From Macrostomum hystrix (taxonomy: Eukaryota > Animalia > Platyhelminthes): a stretch of 64,000 nucleotides of DNA. The notes beneath the pieces are model-generated. The model was not told the origin of the DNA. It made no database searches and worked only from the letters and a program-made list of their open reading frames with translations. Position 1 is the first letter of the stretch. Each line of letters starts with the position of its first letter. The translations under genes and the position numbers were made by a program. Where the stretch lies: assembly GCA_950097015.1 (NCBI GenBank), contig CATNEN010000001.1:19592001-19656000 (forward strand), given 5' to 3'. This document shows, piece after piece, positions 38,301 through 49,900 of the stretch.

Positions 38301-41300
38301 ATCTTGTACACTCTTTTCCTCATCTTGTACACTCTGTTCCTCATCTTGTACACAATATAAATATAAATATTAAAAACCAAAGCATTAATCTATATAAAAA
38401 TTGGAAACCGACTTTAGGTGGCTCCGGGCGGCTCAAAGAGTCCGGACAATGGCTGCATCTGCTACGTGTTGCGCAACGGCTTTCAGACCTCCCAGGGTCG
38501 CCTACTAAAGACCATTCTGTTTGGAGTGAAGCGGGTCACGGCTAACAATTTAGAGACTTTCCTGTTCATCATGTTCCTACTAGTGTTCGCTTTGGCTGCT
38601 TCGGCCTACGTTTGGCTTGAGGTTCGTTACTTTTTTTAACGATTTAACGTTTTTTGGAAAAAAAAGGGGTTCGATTCCCGACTCATACTAAATACTATTA
38701 TAATTATTAAGTGTGAAATAACGAAGTAACGAACGATATGCTCGTACATTTTTTAATCCTATTGTTTATTTGTTGAGTATTTGCATGTCCTGACTACTCT
38801 ACTAATAGGGGCAGTAAAAGAAAAATACTTGTTAATTTTATATTAAATATCTACTCATGATGCTGCCCTACATACGCTACTTAAAGTGGCAGTATAATAT
38901 TTTTATCGATGTAAGCAATTTATTTATTTTGAGCAATGCGACACTCAGCATTAGCTGTGGGGTAATTGATGGGGTTATTATTGTTATCATTATCATTATT
39001 TCTATCTGTATTTCGCAGGGCACCAAAGATCCAAAGCGCAGCAAATACAAGCTGTTCCTTGAGTGCACACTCATCATCACCTCGGTTGTACCGCCCGAGC
39101 TGCCAATCGAACTATCTCTGGCCGTGCAGAACTCGCTGGTTGCGCTGCACCGCCTGTTCATCTACTGCACAGAACCATTCAGGATTCCATTCGCTGGAAA
39201 AGTGGACATCTGCTGCTTCGACAAGACCGGCACACTCACCCGCGACGAGATGGTTGTTAACGGAGTCGCCGGCCTAGATGCCGACTATCCGCTTGAGATC
39301 TCGCCTGTGGCTCGCTGCGGACAGGCCACTGTGCAGGTATTTTGTGATAAACACCCCGGATATACTCTGATAAACACCCCGGATATAATCTGATAAACAC
39401 CCCGGATATAATCTGATAAACACCCTGAATATACTCTGATAAACACCCTGGATATACTCTGATAAACACCCTGGATATACTTTGATAAACACCCCGGATA
39501 TAATCTGATAAACACCCCGGATATAATCTGATAAACACCCCGGATATAATCTGATAAACACACCGGATATAATCTGATAAACACACCGGATATAATCTGA
39601 TAAACACCCCGGATATAATCTGATAAACACACCGGATATAATCTGATAAACACACCGGATATAATCTGATAAACACCCCGGATATAATCTGATAAACACA
39701 CCGGATATAATCTGATAAATACACCGGATATAATCTGATATACACCCCGGATATAATCTGATAAACACACCGGATATAATCTGATAAACACACCGGGTGT
39801 ACTCTGATAACACCCCGGATATACTCTGTTAAACACCCCGGATACACTCTGATAAATATCCCGGATATACTCAGATTAACACTCAGAATATACTGTGATA
39901 AACACCCTTTATAAACTATGATAAACTCTCTGGATATGCTCTGATAAACGCCCTAATTATACTCAAAAGTGCTATGTATAAAACCTACAAACACTCCGAA
40001 AAACTATTATAAATACCCAAAATGAACTTTTCTAAACACCCTAGATAAGCTCCATTTTACTCCATTGATAATGTTTAAGAAGCAGACTAGATATACTCAA
40101 AAAAACAACACCGATAAACTCCAATAGACACCCTAGACAAATAAACACCCCCGATAAACTCCAATAGACACCCTAGACAAATAAACACCCCCGATAAACT
40201 CCAATAGACACCCTAGACAAATAAACACCCCCGATAAACTCCAATAGACACCCTAGACAAATAAACACCCCCGATAAACTCCAATAAAGACCCTAAATAA
40301 GCTTAAAAAACACCTTAAAAAGACTCGATACACACCCTAGATAAACTCTAATAAACAACCTAGATATGCTCCACTGAACTACGCTAACTAAGCTTCTCTA
40401 ATAAACAGCCTTAAGTTTCCAATGTCAGCCATTAAACTATATGGCATGTTCTCAAACCCCAAGGTGATGGCCGCATGCCACTCTCTGGTGATCATGGAGA
40501 AAACTGGCGAACTGCTTGGCGACCCGTTGGAGAAGGCCATCCTACGGGCTACCGACTGGACCCTCACCAAAGGCGAGGCTGTCATACCACCTTCAGCTAG
40601 CAGGGCTCAGCATCATCCATTGAAGGTGTTCAGCAGATTCCACTTTGCCAGCAGTCTGCAGCGCATGTCTACAGTGGCGGGTCACACTCCGTTGGGCAGT
40701 TCAGATACTCACTATATGGTCTGCGCTAAGGGCGCCCCAGAGCGACTCAAAGATATGCTCACAGATCCGCCAGAGTTCTACGACCGGGTGTCTAGCCAAC
40801 TGGCCAAGGATGGCTTCCGTGTGCTGGCTCTGGCTTATAGACAGCTGGGTCATCTCAATCACCAGGAGGTGAGTCTGCGATTTGCGGTTTTCTATACTCA
40901 TCTGGGTGGTCAGGAGACTAGATCATCCTGGATAGATGTAGGTTGATAGATCATCCTGGATAGATGTAGGTTGATAGATCATCCTGGATAGATGTAGGTT
41001 GATAGATCATCCTGGATAGATGTAGGTTGATAGATCATCCTGGATAGATGTAGGTTGATAGATCATCCTGGATAGATGTAGGTTGATAGATCATCCTGGA
41101 TAGATGTAGGTTGATAGATCATCCTGGATAGATGTAGGTTGATAGATCATCCTGGATAGATGTAGGTTGATAGATCATCCTGGATAGATGTAGGTTGATA
41201 GATCATCCTGGATAGATGTGTTTGATAGATCATCCTGAATAGATGTAGGTTGATAGATCATCCTGGATAGATGTAGGTTGATAGATCATCCTGGATAGAT

Positions 41301-44300
41301 GTGGTTGACTAGATCATCCTGGATAGATGTGGTTGACTAGATCAACCTAGATAGATGTGGATGACTAGATCATCCTGGATAGATCTTATTGGCTAGATCA
41401 TCCTGGATGTATGTAGGTGTCTAGATCAAGCCGAATCTAGACACAGACCAGTTTTCCCATCTCGCCGAATCCCTGCAGCTGCGCACGCTGAAGCGCACGG
41501 ATGTGGAACGCGACCTGATCTTCTGCGGCTTCCTCGCTGTCTCCTGCCCGCTTCGCTCGAATTCCAAAGCTGTGGTGCGCGAACTTCTGAACTCATCGCA
41601 TCACGTGTGCATGATCACTGGCGACAACCCGTTCACCGCTTGTCACGTTGCTAAGCAACTGCGGATAGCCAGGCAGCCTCTGCTGACGCTCACCTCGGAC
41701 AAAGACTGCTCTTGGTCCTGGACAGGCGTTGACAACGACTCGGACAATGCGGACCTAGACCTGGTTCTCGCCGCAAAGAAGCCTCGCCGCGTTGTCGCTG
41801 AACTGGCTAAGCGGCACAGCCTCTGCCTCACTGGCGAAGCCTTGGACTTCCTGCGACAGTCCGCTCCAAGGCTGGTGCCCCACCTGCTGCCTGTTGTCAG
41901 CGTGTTCGCCCGAATGAAGCCGAAGCAGAAGGAGCTCATTGTCACGGTGCTGAAGGACCGCGGCTACTCCACCCTGATGTGCGGCGACGGCACCAATGAT
42001 GTCGGAGCTCTGAAACACGCCCACGTTGGTGTGGCCATCTTTGCCAACGCGCCAGAAAACCTGCTGGCTGCCGGGAAGGCAGGACTGGGGCCTGGGAATG
42101 ACGGCAAACAGGCGGTGAGTTGATCTATCAAAATCCCCATATTGATCCCTGATTAAAATCCCCATATTGATCCCTGATTAAAATCCCCGTATTGATCCCT
42201 GATTAAAATCCCATTATTGATCCTCATTCAAATCCCCATATTGATCCCTGATTAAAATCCCCTTATTGATCCTCATTCAAATCCCCATATTGATCCCTGA
42301 TTAAAATCCCCGTATTGATCCCTGATTAAAATCCCCTTATTGATCCTCATTCAAATCCCCATATTGATCCCTGATTAAAATCCCCATATTGATCCCTGAT
42401 TAAAATCCCCTTATTGATCCTCATTCAAATCCCCATATTGATCCCTGATTAAAATCCCCATATTGATCCCTGATTAAAATCCCCATATTGATCCCTGATT
42501 AAAATCCCCGTATTGATCCTCATTCAAATCACAAATTGATCCTCATTCAAATCACAAATTGATCTTCACTCTAATCCCATGTTGATCCTTATTCAAATCC
42601 CCGTATTAATCCTCATTCAAATCCCCGTATTAATCCTCATTCAAATCCCCATATTAATCCTCATTTAAATCCCCATATTGATCCTTATTCAAATTCCCAT
42701 ATTTATCCCCATTAAAATCACCATATTGATCATTATTCAACTCCAATCCAACAGGAGCAGCCGCCTCAGCCACCTCCACCTCCGCCGCCTCCGCCGCGCG
42801 ACAGAGCTGAAGCTCAACGCCAGCGCCTTGAGAAGGCCCAGCGAGATCTCAACGAACTGCTGAAGGAAGCCGATGCGCCGCTGGTCCGTCCCGGTGACGC
42901 AACCATTGCAGCTCCGTTCAGCTACAAACTGGCCTCGGTCACCTGCGTGTGCAGCATTGTGAAACAGGGCCGTTGCACTCTGGTAACCACGCTGCAGATG
43001 TTTAAGATTCTAGCCATCAACGCGCTTATCTACGCCTACTCGCAGTCGGTGCTGTACCTGGACGGTGTGAAGTTTTCCGATGGCCAGGCCACGCTGCAGG
43101 GCCTCCTACTCGCTGCCTGCTTTTTGTTCATTTCGCGATCCAAGGTAGGGCATCTTCTGGCCTGCGAGTTGGGATTTTCAATGGCATTCTAACTCTAGTC
43201 CTTCAGGGCATTGCTGCCTTCTACCTTCAGACCTTCAGGGCAATGTTGTCCTCTCCTTCTAGACCTTCAGGGCGATGTTGTCCTCTCCTTCCAGACCTTC
43301 AGGGCGATGTTGTCTACTTTCTCCAGTCCTTCAGGGCATTGCTGCCTTCTACCTCCAGACCTTCAGGGCAATGTTGTCCTCTCCTTCTAGACCTTCAGGG
43401 AGATGTTGTCCTCTCCTTCCAGACCTTAAGGGCAATGTTGTCCTCTCCTTCTAGACCTTCAGGGCGATGTCGTCCTCTCCTTCCAGACCTTCAGGGCGAT
43501 GTTGTCTACTTCCTCCAGTCCTTCGGGGCATTGCTGCCTTCTACCTCCAGACCTTCAGGGCAATCTTGTCCTCTCCTTCTAGACCTTCAGGGAGATGTTG
43601 TCTACTTCCTCCAGTCCTTCAGGGCGATGTTGTCTACTTCCTCCAGTCCTTCCAGGCATTCTGCCTTTTCCCTCCAGACCTTCAGTGCAATGTTGTCTTC
43701 TACCTCATGACCTTTATGGCATCGTCTTCTCCATCCAGGCCTTCAGGGCATTGATTTATTCTACAGATAATCGAGTGTCTAGTAGGTTCTCCACGGCATA
43801 TTCAATATTAATCAACCAAACTATCGTTAATAATTCCCGCAGCCATTGACTACGCTGTCCGCTCGGAGGCCCCTGCCGAACATATTCAACGCCTACACTC
43901 TGTTGACAGTGTTTCTTCAGTTTGTCATCCATTTCGCTTCTCTATTGTTTCTCACGCGAGAGGCCAAAGCTTTGATGCCTGTACTGTGAGTAGCGCCACG
44001 CGAATTTAATAAATATACTTCTATTTCTACTTAGAGTAAGCTACTCAGTACACAAATATTATTTGCATTTTCTATTCCACAGCAAAGAAGGCGAATTTAA
44101 TAAATATCCTTTTATTTCTACTTAGAGTAAGCTACTCAGTACACAAATATTATTTGCATTTTCTATTCCACAGCAAAGAAGGCAAATTTAATAAATATCC
44201 TTCTATTTCTACTAAGAGTAAGCTACTCAGTACACAAATATTATTTGCATTTTCTATTCCACAGCAAAGAAGGCGAATTTATTGACTTGGATGCGGAATT

Positions 44301-45133
44301 TAAGCCGAATATTCTAAACAGCGTCGTCTATTTGATCTCCATGTCGATGCAAATCAATGCATTCGCTGTTAACTACAAGGGCCACCCATTCATGGAATCG
44401 TTGATGGAGAATCGTCCCCTGCTATACAGCATCACAGCCGCCATTGGCTTTGTGTTCTGTTTGGCTAGCGGCTACATGCCAGAACTGTGCGACCAGTTTA
44501 GCCTGGTTGAGATCGACAAAAATGTGAGTTATGCGTACCTGAGGGTAGTAGATTAATGGCGTACCTGAGGGTAGTAGATTAATGCTGTACCTGAGGGTAG
44601 TAGATTAATGCTGTACCTGAGGGTAGTAGATTAATGCTGTACCTGAGGGTAGTAGATTAATGCTGTACCAAAGGGTAGTAGATTAATGCTGTACCTGAGG
44701 GTAGTAGATTAATGCTGTACCTGAGGGTAGTAAATTAATTGTGTACCTGAGGGTAGTAAATTAATGGTGTCCCTGAGGGTAGTAGGTTTACGGTTATGGT
44801 AATGGGTTATGGTGTACCTGAGTATCTATGGCTAATAGGGTTATGGTGTACCTGAGTGTCTATGGCTAATAGGGTTATGGTGTACCTGAGTGTCTATGGC
44901 TAATAGGGTTATGGCGTACCTGAGTGTCTATGGCTAATAGGGTTATGGCGTACCTGAGTGTCTATGGCTAATAGGGCTAATGACCTGACTACCTAGCCGT
45001 CAACCCATCACCCATCCCGCAGCTACGGAACACAATAGTACAAGTGCTGGTCGCGGACTTTATCGGCTGTTTCCTTGTTGACAGAATCCTAGATTTTTGT
45101 TTCGGCAGGGGTCGTGCTAAGCGCCTAATTTAA
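35385..45133 (+). CDS. ATP13A1: P5A-type ATPase (ER transmembrane-helix dislocase, Spf1/ATP13A1), 12 exons, ~1175 aa
   Basis: Exons 35385-35663, 36928-37008, 37095-37352, 37672-38115, 38418-38621, 39019-39336, 40464-40868, 41479-42114, 42755-43144, 43843-43985, 44265-44523, 45023-45133, in phase. Motifs: [34 protein letters not shown] (P5A signature), [50 protein letters not shown]. Confidence 0.96.
36167..36395. mobile_element. hAT-type MITE in ATP13A1 intron 1
   Basis: TIRs CATACATGCACAACC / GGTTGCGCATGTATG, flanked by a perfect 8-bp TSD TATATACA (36159-36166, 36396-36403). Confidence 0.85.
37350..37548. repeat. 28-bp tandem repeat reiterating the 5' splice site (CAG|GTAGCTAAAGTTATCAGTTTTGACT)x7
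   Basis: The first unit overlaps the real exon 3 donor at 37352/37353. Confidence 0.95.
38180..38352. repeat. 21-bp intronic minisatellite (TTGTACACTCTKTTCCTCATC)n
   Basis: About 8 copies, ATP13A1 intron 4. Confidence 0.92.
39345..39950. repeat. 23-bp intronic minisatellite (TGATAAACACMCCGGATATAATC)n
   Basis: Starts ~8 nt after the donor at 39337; about 25 copies. Confidence 0.95.
40108..40300. repeat. 40-bp tandem repeat (CCGATAAACTCCAATAGACACCCTAGACAAATAAACACCC)x4-5
   Basis: Same intron; shares ATAAACACCC and GATAAAC with the 23-mer. Confidence 0.9.
40918..41428. repeat. 28-bp intronic minisatellite (TAGATCATCCTGGATAGATGTAGGTTGA)n
   Basis: About 18 copies, ATP13A1 intron 7. Confidence 0.95.
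42120..42740. repeat. 25-bp intronic minisatellite (ATTGATCCCTGATTAAAATCCCCAT)n
   Basis: Fills ATP13A1 intron 8 almost from donor to acceptor. Confidence 0.95.
43196..43752. repeat. 32-bp intronic minisatellite (CCTTCAGGGCGATGTTGTCCTCTCCTTCCAGA)n
   Basis: About 17 variant copies, ATP13A1 intron 9. Confidence 0.92.
44002..44280. repeat. 91-bp triplication spanning the 3' splice site and start of ATP13A1 exon 11
   Basis: TTTTCTATTCCACAG|CAAAGAAGGCRAATTTA occurs with acceptors at 44082, 44173 and 44264. Confidence 0.95.
44530..44980. repeat. Two adjacent minisatellites, a 26-mer (GTACCTGAGGGTAGTAGATTAATGCT) and a 34-mer (GGGTTATGGTGTACCTGAGTGTCTATGGCTAATA)
   Basis: They fill ATP13A1 intron 11 and share GTACCTGAG. 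Confidence 0.93.
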
Positions 45134-45534
45134 GTCCGTCAGCTGTCACCGACTGATAGTGGATTTCTGCACCGAGTTCTTCATAAAACCGAACTCCCTT
45201 GTTGTCGCATCCCTGTGTGGAGACTAATCACCCACATAAAGAATTATTCATAGTCTTTTAATTAATCCCTAAAAGCATTCTTTCCTGTTGTGCTACTTTG
45301 TGTTCTAAATTGTTTCTTTGCCTTTGCTAGTTAAACTATCTCGTCTATTAGCACAGATACCAATGTTTTTATGTAATACGTTGATTTTTGATTTAGCAAT
45401 CAATTTACAAATGCAATCAATTTGTTCTCTTGTTTATTGTTGTTTGTTTTGCTCTACTCTATTCGGTTAATTTGGGCTCGGATATTACACTTAGCAACAC
45501 CTGTTGTGCGGCAGTTCTGCTTGATTTCATGAAA

Positions 45535-45570
45535 AATAAAATAGTCTTTGTGGTGTCTGGTGTGACTTGA
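45535..45570 (+). terminator. Probable ATP13A1 polyadenylation signal
   Basis: AATAAA at 45535-45540 followed by the GU-rich tract GTCTTTGTGGTGTCTGGTGTG. Confidence 0.55.
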
Positions 45571-45665
45571 GAACTGTTGGAAATTATTTTCTCCTACTTT
45601 ATTTGATTTAATATCAAATTAGATATTTCCACACTGTCTCTCAGACCTTCAGGTTAAGTAAAGAG

Positions 45666-46862
45666 TAAAGACACCCTACCAGACCCTCACGTTAAATAAA
45701 GACACCTACTAGACCCTCACGTTAATAAAGACACCCTACCAGACCCTCACTTTAAAAAAAGACACCCTACTAGGCCCTCATGTTAAAGACACCCTACTAG
45801 ACCCTGAGGTTAAAGACACCCTACCAGACCCTCACTTAAAAAAAGACACCCTACTAGACCCTGAGGTTAAAGACACCCTACCAGACCCTCATGTTAAAGA
45901 CACCCTACTAGACCCTCACTTTAAAAAAAGACACCCTACCAGACCCTCATGTTAAAGACACCCTACTAGACCCTGAGGTTAAAGACACCCTACCAGACCC
46001 TCACTTAAAAAAAGACACCCTACTAGACCCTGAGGTTAAAGACACCCTACCAGACCCTCATGTTAAAGACACCTACTAGACCCTCACGTTAATAAAGACA
46101 CCCTACCAGACCCTCACTTAAAAAAAGACACCCTACTAGACCCTGAGGTTAAAGACACCCTACTAGACCCTGAGGTTAAAGACACCCTACCAGACCCTCA
46201 TGTTAAAGACACCCTACTAGACCCTCATGTTGAAGACACCCTACCAGACCCTCATGTTAAAGACACCCTACTAGACCCTCATGTTGAAGACACCCTACCA
46301 GACCCTCATGTTAAAGACACTCTACCAGACCCTCATGTTAAAGACACTCTACCAGACCCTCATGTTAAAGACACCCTACTAGACCCTCACGTTAATAAAG
46401 ACACCCTACCAGACCCTCATGTTAAAGACACTCTACCAGACCCTCATGTTAAAGACACCTACTAGACCCTCACGTTAATAAAGACACCCTACCAGACCCT
46501 CATGTTAAAGACACCCTACCAGACCCTCACTTAAAAAAAGACACCCTACTAGACCCTGAGGTTAAAGGCACCCTACTAGACCCTGAGGTTAAAGACACCC
46601 TACCAGACCCTCATGTTAAAGACACCCTACCAGACCCTCATGTTGAAGACACCCTTCTAGACCCTCATGTTAAAGACACCCTACTAGACCCTCATGTTGA
46701 AGACACCCTACCAGACCCTCATGTTAAAGACACCCTACCAGACCCTCATGTTGAAGACACCCTTCTAGACCCTCATGTTTAAGTCACCCTACTAGACCCT
46801 CATGTTTAAGTCACCCTACCAGACCGTCATGTTAAAGTCACCCTACTAGACCCTCAGGTTAA
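45666..46862. repeat. ~27-31-bp minisatellite (AAAGACACCCTACYAGACCCTCATGTT)n between ATP13A1 and the lipase
   Basis: About 42 copies. Confidence 0.95.
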
Positions 46863-46961
46863 TTTTAAACTTTAGTTTTTTAGCGTTTAAACACCAAATA
46901 GGACTATGGTGTGTGGCCTTGTTTCCTATGCAGCTAAATTGGTCGTTGTGATACAGCGGAC

Positions 46962-49900
46962 ATGAATTCTACAGTGTGGTCTGACGATAATGATTTCAAA
47001 CCGCGAGTGACTATGGAAGGCCAGCCTCTATACACGCATCGCTGGCCTGTAGCTGCAGGTGTGGAGCCCAGGTAGATAATGTTTGATTCCAAAGGTTTTC
47101 ATTTAGTGACCGTTAAAAATGCGAGTGGTGAACATTGTCATATTTTTGTCGTATTGAATTTGGTGCTGATTACTTTATTTGATTTTTTAATTAGTTACTC
47201 AAAAAATCTGATTTTATGGCCTCAAAATCGGCCTCAAGTGACATTGTCACTCTCCCAGATCCTCAAGTGTCACCTGTCACTCTCCCAGAACCTCAGGTGA
47301 CATTGTCACTCTCCCAGATCCTCAAGTGTCACTGTCACTCTCCCAGAACCTCAGGTGACATTGTCACTCTCCCAGATCCTCAAGTGTCACTGTCACTCTC
47401 CCAGAACCTCAGGTGACATTGTCACTCTCCCAGATCCTCAAGTGTCACTGTCACTCTCCCAGAACCTCAGGTGACATTGTCACTCTCCCACATCCTCAAG
47501 TGTCACTGTCACTCTCCCAGAACCTCAGGTGACATTGTCACTCTCCCACATCCTCAAGTGTCACTGTCACTCTCCCAGAACCTCAGGTGACATTGTCACT
47601 CTCCCACATCCTCAAGTGTCACTGTCACTCTCCCAGAACCTCAGGTGACATTGTCACTCTCCCACATCCTCAAGTGTCACTGTCACTCTCCCAGAACCTC
47701 AGGTGACATTGTCACTCTCCCACATCCTCAAGTGTCACTGTCACTCTCCCAGAACCTCAGGTGACATTGTCACTCTCCCACATCCTCAAGTGTCACTGTC
47801 ACTCTCCCAGAACCTCAGGTGACATTGTCACTCTCCCACATCCTCAAGTGTCACTGTCACTCTCCCAGAACCTCAGGTGACATTGTCACTCTGCCACATC
47901 CTCAAGTGTCACTGTCACTCTCCCAGAACCTCAGGTGACATTGTCACTCTCCCACATCCTCAAGTGTCACTGTCACTCTCCCAGAACCTCAGGTGACATT
48001 GTCACTCTCCCACATCCTCAAGTGTCACTGTCACTCTCCCAGAACCTCAGGTGACATTGTCACTCTCCCACATCCTCAAGTGTCACTGTCACTCTCCCAG
48101 AACCTCAGGTGACATTGTCACTCTCCCACATCCTCAAGTGTCACCTGTCACTCCCAGATCCTCAAGTGTCACCTGTCACTCCCAGATCCTCAAGTGTCAC
48201 CTGTCACTCCCAGATCCTCAAGTGTCACCTGTCACTCCCAGATCCTCAAGTGTCACTGTCACTCTCCCAGAACCTCAGGTGACATTGTCACTCTCCCACA
48301 TCCTCAAGTGTCACTGTCACTCTCCCAGAACCTCAGGTGACATTGTCACTCTCCCACATCCTCAAGTGTCACTGTCACTCTCCCAGAACCTCAGGTGACA
48401 TTGTCACTCTCCCACATCCTCAAGTGTCACTGTCACTCTCCCAGAACCTCAGGTGACATTGTCACTCTCCCACATCCTCAAGTGTCACCTGTCACTCTCC
48501 CAGAACCTCAGGTGACATTGTCACTCTCCCACATCCTCAAGTGTCACCTGTCACTCCCAGATCCTCAAGTGTCACCTGTCACTCCCAGATCCTCAAGTGT
48601 CACCTGTCACTCCCAGATCCTCAAGTGTCACCTGTCACTCCCAGATCCTCAAGTGTCACCTGTCACTCCCAGATCCTCAAGTGTCACCTATAACTCTCCC
48701 ACATCCTTAAGTGTCACCTGTCACTCAAATGCTACTGATTTGCTAGATTAGCGAGTAGTATAAAGGTTTTAAATTTTTAGTTGCGAATGCAGTTATCATG
48801 AATTTTCTTTGGCTAATTATTTAGCTAATTAAATAAAACTGAAGTCATTTTTGGTCTGACAACCTCGCGTGTTTTACAGGGCCCTACTATTTATTGCTCA
48901 TGGTTTGAGTGAGCACTGCTCAGCCTACAATCGCCTAGCGGCCAGTCTCAATGCAGCCGGTGTTGCGGTGTTCTCCCATGACCACTGTAAATTCCTATTG
49001 TCTGCCTCTGCCCGCTGCCAATTCCTCGCATTTTGCCTCTTGAAATTTATCCGCTTGGCTTTCTCACTTTTGTTTATTTGTTTAAATCTGCTGTAACCTG
49101 CGCTTCGGCCTGTGTTTTTAGTCTCAATTTCAGGTCTCTGAAATCCCAGATCCCCAATTTCGGGTCTCTGAAATCCCAGATCCCCAATTTCGGGTCTCTG
49201 AAATCCCAGATCCCCAATTTCGTGTCTCTGAAATCCCAGATCCCCAATTTCGGGTCTCTGAAATCCCAGATCCCCAATTTCGTGTCTCTGAAATCCCAGA
49301 TCCCCAACTTCGGGTCTCTGAAATCCCAGATCCCCAATTTCAGGTCTCTGAAATCCCAGATCCCCAATTTCGGGTCTCTGAAATGCCAGATCCCCAATTT
49401 CAGGTCTCTGAAATCCCAGATTCCCAATTTCGGGTCTCTGAAATGCCAGATCCCCAATTTCAGGTCTCTGAAATCCCAGATTCCCAATTTCGGGTCTCTG
49501 AAATCCCAGATCCCCAATTTCGGGTCTCTGAAATCCCAGATCCCCAATTTCGTGTCTCTGAAATCCCAGATCCCCAATTTCGGGTCTCTGAAATGCCAGA
49601 TTCCCAACTTCGGGTCTCTGAAATCCCAGATTCCCAAATTTCAGGTCTCTAAAATCCCAGATTCCCAATTTCAGGGCTCTAAAATCCCAGATTCCCAATT
49701 TCGTGTCTCTAAAATCCCAGATTCCCAATTTCGTGTCTCTGAAATGCCAGATCCCCAACTTCGGGTCTCTGAAATGCCAGATCCCCAATTTCGGGTCTCT
49801 AAAATCTCAGGTCCCCAATTTCGTGTGTCTGAAATCCCAGATCCCAAATTTCGGGTCTCTGAAATCCCAGATCCCAAATTTCGGGTCTCTGAAATCCCAG

